Shown one piece after another: positions 40,244 through 49,259 of a stretch of 64,000 nt of DNA (positions within the stretch are counted from its first letter, which is position 1; every line of letters begins with the position of its first letter). The DNA is from Acidobacteriota bacterium (GTDB lineage: Bacteria > Acidobacteriota > UBA6911 > RPQK01 > JAJDTT01): NCBI GenBank assembly GCA_965209055.1, contig OZ242374.1, positions 1,536,001-1,600,000 on the forward strand, written 5' to 3'. The translations under genes and the position numbers were made by a program. The notes beneath the pieces were generated by a model. The model was not told the origin of the DNA. It did no database searches and worked only from the letters and a program-made list of their open reading frames with translations.

Positions 40244-41383
40244 ATGAGTCCCAGATTCGCCCAACGCCTGGACGGCATTGAGATCTCGATGATCCGCCAG
40301 ATCATGTCCCGGGCCGCGGGCTGCGTGAACCTGGGACTGGGGGAGCCGGAGTTCCCGGATCCTCCACGGGTCCGGCAGCAGGCGCGCCGGGTGTTGGAAG
40401 GTGGACGGATCGGCTACTCTCCCAACGCCGGGGTCCCCGAGCTTTGCCGGCGGGTCCACGAGTACCACGGTGGCTGCGACGGTCATACGGTCTGCGTGAC
40501 CAACGGGAGCCAGGAGGCCCTGTTTGACGTGGTGTTCGCCCTGGCGGGGCCGGGGGACGAGGTGCTGGTTCCCAATCCGGGATACGTCACCTACCCCACG
40601 GCGGTCCGTTTGGCCGGAGCCACGCCGGTCCCTTACCCCTTGCGGTCCCGCGACGGATTCCGTTTGGATCTGGAAGAGCTTGAAGCCCTGGTGTCACCTC
40701 GAACCCGGGCATTGATACTCAACACGCCTTCCAATCCCACGGGCCGGAGCCTCACATTGGAACAACTCCAGGGTGCGGCGCGTCTGGCCGAAGAGCACGA
40801 TCTGGTGCTCGTCAGCGACGAGATCTACCGGGAGACCTACCACGGATCGCCGCCGCCGTCGGTTCTGGATGCGACGGATGCCGCCGTCGTCATCTGCGGA
40901 TTCTCCAAGGCAGCCGCCATGACCGGATGGCGCCTGGGCTGGGCATGCGGACCCCAGGCCATCATCGACAAGGTGACCGTGCTCCACCAGAACACCTCCA
41001 TCTGTGCGTCCACGTTGACCCAGAGAGCGGCTCTGGCGTTGTTCACGCTGGAGGGCAGGGACGAGATCGAGCGGATGCGCCAACGAATGGCGCGAAATTG
41101 CCGATTCACCTGCCGTTGGCTCGACCGGCGGATGGGACAGGCTTTCGTTCCGCCCGACGGGGCCTTCTACGTCATGGTCTCGGTTGAGGAAACGGGTCTC
41201 GACAGCCTGTCGGCGAGTCTGGAGCTGCTCCGGGACAGGGTGGCCACGATTCCCGGCGCCGCCTTCGGGTCCGAGGGAGAAGGCTACCTGAGGCTTTCGT
41301 TCGCCTGTCGGCCCGAATCGCTCAAGAAAGGGCTGTGGCGGTTCGAAACGGGAATCAACCGGCTCGTGCAGAACCGGACCTGA
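40244..41383 (+). CDS. PLP-dependent class I/II aminotransferase (DapC-like by context)
   Basis: NLGLGEP, NTPSNPTG, SDEIY, FSKAAAMTGWRLG; follows dapD. Confidence 0.85.
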   Translation: MSPRFAQRLDGIEISMIRQIMSRAAGCVNLGLGEPEFPDPPRVRQQARRVLEGGRIGYSPNAGVPELCRRVHEYHGGCDGHTVCVTNGSQEALFDVVFALAGPGDEVLVPNPGYVTYPTAVRLAGATPVPYPLRSRDGFRLDLEELEALVSPRTRALILNTPSNPTGRSLTLEQLQGAARLAEEHDLVLVSDEIYRETYHGSPPPSVLDATDAAVVICGFSKAAAMTGWRLGWACGPQAIIDKVTVLHQNTSICASTLTQRAALALFTLEGRDEIERMRQRMARNCRFTCRWLDRRMGQAFVPPDGAFYVMVSVEETGLDSLSASLELLRDRVATIPGAAFGSEGEGYLRLSFACRPESLKKGLWRFETGINRLVQNRT

Positions 41384-41396
41384 CGCAGGTGGTCGG

Positions 41397-42200
41397 ATGG
41401 CGTTTCCACCCATCATCACCTTCAGCAGCGATTTCGGGAGCAGTGGTCCGTACGTCGGCGCGGTCAAGGGCGCCATCCTGAAGATCTGCCCCAAAGCCCG
41501 AATCGTGGACATCAGCCACGAGATCTCCTCTCACAACATTCTCGAGGCCGCGTTCAATCTGGCTTGCAGCTATTCCTACTTCCCGGCCGGGACCATTCAC
41601 CTGGCAGTGGTGGACCCGGGCGTAGGGTCCGAGCGGCGAGGCATCGTGGTCGCCACCGACCGGTACCGCTTCGTGGGTCCGGACAACGGCCTCTTCACGC
41701 TGATCTACCGGCGGGAGAAGGTGAAACAGGTCGTCTCCATCGAGTCGGAACGGCATTGCCGGGAGACGGTGTCGGCCACCTTCCACGGCCGGGACGTCTT
41801 CGGCCCCGCCGCGGCCTGGCTGGCCTGCGGTACGGAGCCGGAGCAACTGGGACCGGAGATCATGGATTGGCAAGAACTGCCGCTCACCCTGCTGCAACGG
41901 GAGGAGCCCGGCCGAATCGGCGGAGTGGTCCTGCAGGTCGACCGGTTCGGGAACGTCATCACCAGCGTCCACGATCGCGAGCTTCGGGATCTCCTGGGCT
42001 ACGAGCCGGTGTTGGTGGAGTTTTGGGCTGGAGGCCGAAGAATCAGCCGGCGTTGCCGCACCTACGCCGAGGCGCCGGAGGGAGAGCTCGTCTACCTGAA
42101 GGGGAGCAGCGGGTACTACGAGATCGCGATCTCGGAGGGGTCGGCAGCCCGGGTTCTGGGCCTGAAGGTGGGAGGCCGAGTCCAGATCAGGGTTCGCTAG
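41397..42200 (+). CDS. SAM hydroxide adenosyltransferase / chlorinase-fluorinase family (DUF62)
   Basis: SDFG..YVGAVKG, VVDPGVGSER, GPDNGL, TFHGRDVF, DRFGN. Confidence 0.92.
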   Translation: MAFPPIITFSSDFGSSGPYVGAVKGAILKICPKARIVDISHEISSHNILEAAFNLACSYSYFPAGTIHLAVVDPGVGSERRGIVVATDRYRFVGPDNGLFTLIYRREKVKQVVSIESERHCRETVSATFHGRDVFGPAAAWLACGTEPEQLGPEIMDWQELPLTLLQREEPGRIGGVVLQVDRFGNVITSVHDRELRDLLGYEPVLVEFWAGGRRISRRCRTYAEAPEGELVYLKGSSGYYEIAISEGSAARVLGLKVGGRVQIRVR

Positions 42201-42546
42201 ACTGCAATGCTTTGCGAAGGGCGTCCGCAGCCAGGTCCGCGGCGTGCAGCTTGTGGGAAGGCAACCCTCCCAGGTAGTTCAGGATCGATTCGGCCGTGAT
42301 TTCCCGGCACTCCCCGCTCCGGAGATTCCGGCACATTTGGGTGACCGCCGCCGAGGCGGCGATGGCGGCCGGGCATCCATAGGTCTCGAAGCGGCTGTCC
42401 ACCACGACGTCCTGGTTCAGCTTCAGGTAGAGATGGGTGATGTCGCCGCAGGCCGGGTTCTCGGCTCGGGCCGTATGGGTGGCGCCGGCGAGACTTCCCC
42501 GGTTGGGGAGTTCACGAATGAGCTCTCTGGCCTTCTCGCTGTACAC
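42187..42546 (-). CDS. iscU: IscU/NifU-like Fe-S scaffold protein
   Basis: NPACGD, F..YGC.AAIA, LP..KLH. Confidence 0.85.
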   Translation of the reverse strand: MYSEKARELIRELPNRGSLAGATHTARAENPACGDITHLYLKLNQDVVVDSRFETYGCPAAIAASAAVTQMCRNLRSGECREITAESILNYLGGLPSHKLHAADLAADALRKALQSSEP

Positions 42547-43714
42547 GGTCTCGACTTTCCCGGTAGAGAGGGGAGAGCTCCCTCATCCTCTGCACGGTGC
42601 TGGGGAGCACGTCCAGAGCCGTCGTGATCTCTTTCTCGGTCGTCAACCGGCTGAGGCTGAGCCGAAGCGCGCTCTCCACCCGCCGGTTCTCGAACCCCAT
42701 GGCCTTCAGCACGTGGGAAGGCTCCAACGACCCCGAGGAGCAGGCCGCGCCGGTAGAGACGGCAATTCCTTGGAGGTCCAGTGAAATGAGTAGGGCCTCT
42801 CCCTCGACGCCTCGAAAACTCAGGTTGGTCGTGTGGGGCATCCTTCGCAGCGTCGATCCATTGATCCTGGCCTGGGGTATGCGTTCCAGGAGTCCCGTCT
42901 CCAGCCGGTCCCGCAGAGATCGGACCCGGTGGTCGAAATCCGCCAGGCCTTCCCTGGCCAAGGAGGCCGCCTTGCCCAAACCGACGATGCCCGGCACGTT
43001 CTCGGTGCCTCCCCGCCGTCCCCGTTCATGGGAACCGCCCAGGAGCAGAGACTTCATCTCCACCCCGTGGCGGATGTAGAGGGCCCCGGCTCCCTTGGGC
43101 CCGTGGATCTTGTGGGCCGAAAGTGAAAGCAGGTCCACGCCAAGGTCGTTCACGTCCACGGGAATCTTGCCCGCCGACTGGACCGCGTCGGAATGAAAGA
43201 GGATTCCCTTTTCCCTGGCCAACCGCCCCACCGCGCGCAGGTCCTGAATCGCTCCGGTCTCGTTGTTGGCATGCATGATGGAGATGAGGATCGTGTCCTC
43301 ACGAACCGCGGCGTGCAGGTCCTCGAGCCGGATCAACCCCTGGCGGTCCACCGGCAGATAGGTCACCCGGAATCCTTCCTCCTCCAACTGCTCCATGGTC
43401 CTCAGGACCGCGGGATGCTCGATGGTGGTGGTGACGAGATGGCGCCCCTTTGCGGAGTGGCCGGCGGCGATTCCCCGGAGGGCGGTGTTGTCCGACTCGG
43501 TCCCACCGCTGGTGAAGACGATCTCCTTGGGCAGGCAGCCGATGAGGTCGGCCACCGCCTGCCGAGCCGTCTCCACGGCTTCGCGCGCCTGCTGGCCGAA
43601 TTCGTGAATCGACGAGGCGTTGCCGAAGTCCTGGAGAAAGTGGGGTGACATGGCCTCCAGGACCAGCGGATCCACTTGAGTCGTGGCGTTGTTGTCCAGG
43701 TAGACCCGCCTCAC
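42512..43714 (-). CDS. iscS: Cysteine desulfurase
   Basis: YLDNNATT, FTSGGTE, SAHKIHGPKG, STGAACSSG. Confidence 0.95.
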   Translation of the reverse strand: MRRVYLDNNATTQVDPLVLEAMSPHFLQDFGNASSIHEFGQQAREAVETARQAVADLIGCLPKEIVFTSGGTESDNTALRGIAAGHSAKGRHLVTTTIEHPAVLRTMEQLEEEGFRVTYLPVDRQGLIRLEDLHAAVREDTILISIMHANNETGAIQDLRAVGRLAREKGILFHSDAVQSAGKIPVDVNDLGVDLLSLSAHKIHGPKGAGALYIRHGVEMKSLLLGGSHERGRRGGTENVPGIVGLGKAASLAREGLADFDHRVRSLRDRLETGLLERIPQARINGSTLRRMPHTTNLSFRGVEGEALLISLDLQGIAVSTGAACSSGSLEPSHVLKAMGFENRRVESALRLSLSRLTTEKEITTALDVLPSTVQRMRELSPLYRESRDRVQREGQRAHS

Positions 43715-43789
43715 TGCCGTCGCTTCTCCCGTTCCGCCCTATTTGTTCCCTAGACTCGGAGGCGTTTGCGCCGCGGCCAGCCATCGACC

Positions 43790-43818
43790 TTGACAGCCCC
43801 CGGATCCGATCTTACTAG
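43790..43818 (+). promoter_or_regulatory. Sigma70-type promoter for hsp20
   Basis: TTGACA-17 bp-TACTAG; AGGAGG SD before ATG 43877. Confidence 0.5.
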
Positions 43819-43876
43819 AACAGTGGCTGGCCAAGAAGGAACAAACGACAGCGTTGATATGAATAGGAGGTCAACA

Positions 43877-44323
43877 ATGCATCTCACCAGAGTAACGCCA
43901 TTCGCAGGGTTCGACGGATTGCACCGGTTGATGGACAATTTCCTTCGGGACACCCGTTTCCTGGCTCCCGCCGGAAGTGACGAAGTCCACCCCGTGCGCC
44001 GGCCCATCTCGGACGTGTACGAGACCGGAGAAAGCCTGGTCTTCACCATGGAGCTGCCCGGATTCGACAAGAGCGAGATCGAGGTCAACGTCAACAGCGA
44101 CTATCTGGAAGTCAAGGGCGAGCGCAAGGCCCAGGAGAAGAAGGATCGCACCTACCGCCAGGTCCAAAGGTGGCACGGCCGGTTCCAGCGTTCCTTCCGG
44201 CTTCCCCGCCGCGGACTGGATCGGGAGAAGGTCTCGGCCGAGCTGAAGAACGGAGTTCTCAGCATCTCCATCGCCAAGCTCAAGCCGGCGAAGCCCAAGC
44301 AGATCGCGGTCCGGGTCAGCTGA
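43877..44323 (+). CDS. Hsp20/alpha-crystallin small heat shock protein
   Basis: DVYET..ELPG..GRFQRSFRLP..AELKNGVL. Confidence 0.93.
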   Translation: MHLTRVTPFAGFDGLHRLMDNFLRDTRFLAPAGSDEVHPVRRPISDVYETGESLVFTMELPGFDKSEIEVNVNSDYLEVKGERKAQEKKDRTYRQVQRWHGRFQRSFRLPRRGLDREKVSAELKNGVLSISIAKLKPAKPKQIAVRVS

Positions 44324-44337
44324 AGTCCCGGGCTCGA

Positions 44338-44367
44338 GGGCCCCGGAACCTCCCCCCTCCGGGGCCC
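44338..44367 (+). terminator. GC-rich hairpin after hsp20
   Basis: GGGCCCCGGA...TCCGGGGCCC inverted repeat; no strong U-tract. Confidence 0.5.
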
Positions 44368-44447
44368 TGCCCACTTCGTCGAAAAACCTGGGAGTTCTCC
44401 CACCGTTCGGCCTCATTTTTCGCGATAACCGCTCGGTCCGGTCCATC

Positions 44448-44475
44448 TTGCAGGGGGACCGGCTTCTGGTAGAAT
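44448..44475 (+). promoter_or_regulatory. Promoter of tRNA-Phe
   Basis: TTGCAG-16 bp-TAGAAT with TG extension. Confidence 0.55.
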
Positions 44476-44491
44476 ACAACCCTTTTCGAGA

Positions 44492-44564
44492 GCCGGGGTA
44501 GCTCAGTCGGTAGAGCAGGGGACTGAAAATCCCCGTGTCGGCGGTTCGATTCCGTCCCCCGGCA
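44492..44564 (+). tRNA. tRNA-Phe (GAA), CCA not encoded
   Basis: GCCGGGG acceptor stem pairs with CCCCGGC; D arm AGCTCAGTCGGTAGAGC; anticodon loop CTGAAAA; GGTTCGATTCC T arm. Confidence 0.97.
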
Positions 44565-44573
44565 CCCCTCCCC

Positions 44574-44731
44574 CGTCCAAAGATGTCCAAAGAAGTCCAA
44601 ATAAGTCTTTATTTACAGTAATTTACTCCCTATTCGAGTCCAGACCCATCTCGCAATACCCCTTGACATCCGAGGGAAACTGGGGGCAATATTGGGGGCA
44701 GATTAGTAGTTTCCAGAAGGAGTTGCCCCCA
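44574..44731 (+). promoter_or_regulatory. attL-side integrase leader: 10-bp-phased GTCCAA repeats, arm-type GGGGGCA repeats overlapping the int promoter
   Basis: GTCCAA x3 at 10-bp spacing; TGGGGGCAATATTGGGGGCA at 44681-44700; TTGACA at 44663. Confidence 0.55.
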
Positions 44732-44732
44732 A

Positions 44733-45950
44733 ATGCCCCTCACCGCCACGGCCATTCGTCATGCGAAACCTTCCAAGAAGACCAGGAAAATGTTCGACGG
44801 CGGCGGCCTGTATCTGGAAATAGCTCCCAGCGGCGGCAAGTGGTGGCGATTGAAATATCGCTTCGGAGGCAAAGAGAAGCGGATCTCTTTGGGTGTCTAT
44901 CCCGACGTGTCTTTGAAGCAGGTCCGGCGTCGGCGCGCTCAGGCTCGCCAGTTGTTGGCCCGAGAGATAGATCCAAGCGAATATCGAAAAGCACAGAAGG
45001 CTGCCAGAGAGGAACGCTCAGCCAACAGTTTCGAAGCCGTAGCCCGGGAATGGATCATTAAGCACTCCCCCAATTGGACCACCAGCTATGCCAGCCGTAT
45101 CCTCAGCCGACTGGAACGGGATATCTTTCCTTGGATCGGCGGCAAGCCGATTGCTACCGTCACCGCACCTGAATTGTTGACGGCCGTGCGTCGGATCGAG
45201 CAACGTGGCGCTTTGGAAACCGCCCATCGCGCTCTTCAAAACTGCGGACAAGTGTTTCGCTATTCAGTGGCCACCGGACGGGCCAAGCGTGATCCGTCCG
45301 GTGACTTGCGGGGTGCGTTGCCACCGGTCAAGAGAACCCACTTCGCGGCCCTCACCGAGGCCAAGCAAGTCGGCCCTTTGCTTCGAGTGCTGGAGGGCTA
45401 CCGAGGGACGCTGATCGTGCGTTGTGCTCTGCGGCTGGCCCCCTTGGTTTTCGTACGGCCTGGGGAGTTGCGCCAAGCCGAATGGTCGGATGTCGACCTG
45501 GAGGCCGCCGAGTGGCGTTACATCGTCACCAAGACGGACACTCAGCATATCGTTCCGCTTTCCCGCCAAGCGGTGGAGATCCTGAGCGAACTGCACCCTC
45601 TGACCGGACAGGGGCGTTATGTGTTCCCCAGTGCCCGCACTCCTGGAGGAGATCGACCCATGAGCAACAATGCGATTTTGGCTGCCCTGCGGCGTATGGG
45701 TGTTGGCAAGGAGGAGATGACCGCCCACGGCTTCCGGGCGATGGCAAGAACCATCCTAGATGAAGTGTTGGGATTTCGTCCCGACTTCATCGAGCACCAG
45801 TTGGCCCACGCGGTGCGTGACCCCAACGGGCGAGCGTATAACCGGACGGCCCATCTGCCAGAACGGAAAAAGATGATGCAGGCGTGGGCGGATTATCTGG
45901 ACCAACTGAAGGCAGATGTCGGGCCGATTTCATTCAAAGCGACCAGATAG
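44733..45950 (+). CDS. P4-type tyrosine integrase (Arm-DNA-binding domain)
   Basis: FDGGGLYL..G.K.WRLKYRFGGKEKRISLGVYP; RPGELR, HGFRAMA, EHQLAH, AYNRT catalytic residues. Confidence 0.96.
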   Translation: MPLTATAIRHAKPSKKTRKMFDGGGLYLEIAPSGGKWWRLKYRFGGKEKRISLGVYPDVSLKQVRRRRAQARQLLAREIDPSEYRKAQKAAREERSANSFEAVAREWIIKHSPNWTTSYASRILSRLERDIFPWIGGKPIATVTAPELLTAVRRIEQRGALETAHRALQNCGQVFRYSVATGRAKRDPSGDLRGALPPVKRTHFAALTEAKQVGPLLRVLEGYRGTLIVRCALRLAPLVFVRPGELRQAEWSDVDLEAAEWRYIVTKTDTQHIVPLSRQAVEILSELHPLTGQGRYVFPSARTPGGDRPMSNNAILAALRRMGVGKEEMTAHGFRAMARTILDEVLGFRPDFIEHQLAHAVRDPNGRAYNRTAHLPERKKMMQAWADYLDQLKADVGPISFKATR

Positions 45951-46320
45951 AAATTGAGGAACCCCCGAGCGGTGGTCTCTTTTTCCGGCCCATTTCTCGT
46001 CGAAAAAACCGGTACCGGTTTCCCTTCGGTTTTTCGGTTCCAGAAGGAAACCGGTTTCAAGAGACTTTCGATAGCTTTGACTTCGCCGTGGACTTTCCGC
46101 GTGGACCGGGCTCCACAATCCGGTCTGTTCGCCCTTCTGGCGACGTTTCAATCGCCCGTTTCTGCTCGGTTCGTCCAACACACTGGCGTTGGTGTTGTCT
46201 CGCTGCTCAGTAACACTCTGGGCCATAAAAGAGACCACTGACACCCCCCTGAGAAAACAACTCGCGCAGCCCGGTAATTTACATTTCGATGGGCACGATC
46301 TTGTTGCGGAGTAATATTCG

Positions 46321-47244
46321 ATGATCAGGCATCTCCAGGGCCGGGAGAGAACACTGGAGGTGCTCGGCTGGACGGGCCGCAGGGCCGAATGGATCGCCCT
46401 GGTGTGCCTGCACTCGGGCGTGTTCACACGGGCGCAGTATTGTGCTTTCCTGAAGGTTGGTGCCGTGAGCGCCCTGCGTTTCGTGAGGGCGTTGATCGGG
46501 CAGGGGGTGGCGAGTGAGGACCCCATGCCAGACATCGGCGTTCGAGTTTGCCGGATCTTCAGCCGGCGCGTGTACCGGGCGCTGGGCACTGAGGACTTCC
46601 GTCGCCGGCGGATCACCTCGCCGGAGGTGCTGTGGCGGAGGCTGCTCTCGCTGGACTACGTGCTGGAGCATCCGGAGGTGTTCTGGCTGTCCTCCGAGTC
46701 GGAGAGGGTGCGTTGCTTCGAGCATCTCGGCATCCCGCGCCGAAGGCTTCCCAAGCGAGTGTTCCGGGGGGCGGTGGGGAACACCCGGCGCTACTTCGCG
46801 CTCAAGCTGCCGATCGCCGTCGAGGCGGACAGTGCGGTCTTCGTCCATGTCGATCCGGGGCACTGGACCGACACGGGCCTGCGCTCGTGGGGAGCGGCGC
46901 ACGGACGACTCTGGGCGGCTTTGCGCAAGCACGGCCGATCAGTTCAGGTGGTGGCCGTCGCTCGGGACGATCGGGCCTTGCAGCGGGCCGAAACGGTGCT
47001 GCGCCGCTGGACCAACACCGCCGGTCCCGGGGCTCGAACGGCGGACCCATCGGCGGCCCGGGAATACGCCAAGATCAAACAGGCCGTGCTCACGGCGAAT
47101 AGGACCGTGCTCGATTCCTACGGCGGTGTGACGCCCGCGCTGAAGCGGGCAATCAAGTTGGAACCGTTGGCAAAAGGTGGCGCTGTCCGGGTTGCCATCG
47201 ACCGCTACGTCACCTGGGGATCGACGAGGTTCATGGGGAGGTGA
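46321..47244 (+). CDS. Hypothetical DNA-binding protein, possibly Replic_Relax/MOB-C-like relaxase
   Basis: wHTH-like N-terminus (WIALVCLHSGVFTRAQYC), RRLLSLDYVL; sits between integrase and structured motif; family call is tentative. Confidence 0.55.
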   Translation: MIRHLQGRERTLEVLGWTGRRAEWIALVCLHSGVFTRAQYCAFLKVGAVSALRFVRALIGQGVASEDPMPDIGVRVCRIFSRRVYRALGTEDFRRRRITSPEVLWRRLLSLDYVLEHPEVFWLSSESERVRCFEHLGIPRRRLPKRVFRGAVGNTRRYFALKLPIAVEADSAVFVHVDPGHWTDTGLRSWGAAHGRLWAALRKHGRSVQVVAVARDDRALQRAETVLRRWTNTAGPGARTADPSAAREYAKIKQAVLTANRTVLDSYGGVTPALKRAIKLEPLAKGGAVRVAIDRYVTWGSTRFMGR

Positions 47245-47317
47245 ATGGGCTTCCCGGTGTCGATCCAGAGGTGTGAATGAGACAACGGACGCGAGTTACA
47301 TCGCGGAAGCCTTTTGA

Positions 47318-47515
47318 CTTACACACTCGATTTCCCCGATCTCTTTATCGCTCATGCAGTTACGGCCATATTCCCGGCTCCGCCGCGCCCGCACGGGGAA
47401 ATCGGAGGTTGACGGGAGCGACCCCCCCTTTTTCCTGCCCGGTGCGGGCGCGGGGGTGTTGCGCAACTTACACTTGCGCAACACCCCCTGGGGGGGGTCG
47501 CTCCCGTCCAATTGA
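47318..47515 (-). repeat. Structured ~200-bp motif, copy A (oriT-like or ncRNA candidate)
   Basis: Outer stem GACGGGAGCGACCCCCCC / GGGGGGGTCGCTCCCGTC; inner 15-bp perfect IR 47452-47488; inverted homolog at 60845-61040. Confidence 0.8.
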
Positions 47516-48171
47516 TCCTGCGGACTGTTTCTATAATTTCCGTAAACCATTAACTATAAATGAGTTATGAGATTTTCGGGACTGCTCTTCCCCCCATTCT
47601 TTCCACCGGGTTGAATTGGATGTCTTTAGCCCTTCGTGGTCGTGAACGGACGGTAACCGTTCGGTCAAGCCGTGAAGATCGACTTCCTGAGCCGGGCCTG
47701 CGGCCTCGCGCTCAATGGGGGCAAGCACCTGAGGAAGTGCCACGCTTCCACCTCCAACGGGATGGAGGCACAGAGCGGAGAATGTGACCCATGGTGTCGG
47801 AATGATGCGGTCGGGTCGCTTGCTGCGTAAGGACTTCGCGGCCGACCATCACCTGCCGTTATCCTATTCCAGGGAGGTCTTACTGCCGCGAAGAGTGGTT
47901 CAAACCCGGCAGCAACCCAACGGGAATTGATTACTGCGGCGAGGATGCCGACCCACCGCTCTTCTACGGCTTGACCGAACGATTACCATGGACGAGGGCA
48001 GCGGGGTGAAAACACGGATACGTCCCCTGCCGCTTTTTGTGGCGGGCGTTGGCTCTTGCTTGGGTTCTCGCACTGGTCTTTTTCTACTTGCCTTGTTCGG
48101 CGGATAGCCCAGTTCCCGGCGTGAAGAGCCGATCACCGACGAGGAATCACTTTCGATCCGCCGAAGTTCTC

Positions 48172-48250
48172 CTTTCGGAAAAGGGAGGCGAGGACGATCT
48201 CCCGGCGCACAACTTTCGCACGTTGCTGCAGGATCTGGGCACGCTGGCTC
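48172..48250 (+). pseudogene. IS1634-family transposase C-terminal remnant
   Basis: Translates as KGGEDDLPAHNFRTLLQDLGTLA, matching the IS1634 'lPvHSFrTLL.DL.TL' tail as recalled. Confidence 0.55.
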
Positions 48251-48673
48251 AGGTCATTGTGACCCGTTCTTGGATCGCCGCCACTGCGGCCTGGGCCGCC
48301 ACGGCCACACCTTCTTGCCAGCCGGGCAAGGCGCTCAATTGATCGCCCGCGAAATAGATCCTCCCATCGGGCTCTCTGAGTTGTCTCGGTGGGTTGGAGC
48401 TCTCCGGCCAGCCGCCCCGCTGAAACGGAACCCTGGACCAAGCGCGGCTAACGCCGGATTCCATCTCGTCGCCATAGCCAGGGTGAATGAGATCGCCCTC
48501 GGTGATGGCGGCCTGCAAGCGTTCGGACGGCGTCAATTCCGAGTACCGCACCCCGGGCTCGGGGTCCCAGATATATGCCCCGAGGACGATCCCCTTTTCA
48601 CGATGATAGCCGTAGGCCGGATACCAAATCTGAGTAATGTCCTGGTCCGTCCACGAAATGCCACCGTAGAGAA
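48249..48673 (-). pseudogene. 5'-truncated flavin monoamine oxidase / L-amino acid oxidase fragment
   Basis: YGGISWTDQDITQIWYP...GIVLGAY...PDGRIYFAGDQLSALPGWQEG; N-terminal FAD-binding half absent. Confidence 0.8.
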
Positions 48674-48679
48674 GGGGGG

Positions 48680-48762
48680 AACCACAAATATACTATAAAT
48701 AACTGATTCTAAATAGAGAATGTTCTTCTTTTGTGTTGGGTTGCCCCCGATGTTGCCCCCAC
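48680..48762. other. att-like element end (IHF-like site plus inverted arm-type repeats)
   Basis: TAAATAACTGATT IHF-like site; TTGCCCCCGATGTTGCCCCCA is the near-exact reverse complement of 44681-44700. Confidence 0.55.
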
Positions 48763-49259
48763 AGCGACAGTTTGATCACCGTTGGCGAAAAAAGCGGGCG
48801 AGAGGTAGAACCAGAGGAAACACGCAAACAATTTGCAACTAGAGAACACCTCTTCCAAGTCATCCGACGACTACGGATCACCTCCGCTATCCATTCGAGT
48901 TTGCCTCTGCTCCCACGCTTCGCTGATCTTTTCCAGCCTTCGCCGCCGGGAATCATCGCACTCCTGCGCGATGAAAGTGAGTTGAAATGGAATCAGGAAA
49001 ACTCGCCATGGAAACTCTGGACCACACCCGAGACTTCTTCAGATTACTGGACCAGGATTGGGATCACAAGATCAGGTTTATCCGTGTGGTCCTTGGTTTC
49101 TCCTCCTAACAACTGCAGGGTCGCAGGTCTTAACGGAGACCAGGATACTTCTGGAAAGAAATGCAGTGCCATCCAACATTGTCGTAGTGACCTTCCCCCG
49201 GAATAAGGTCGACCTCACTCGCGTGAACCACTGCGTCGTTCCATTCATGCCGCTAACAT

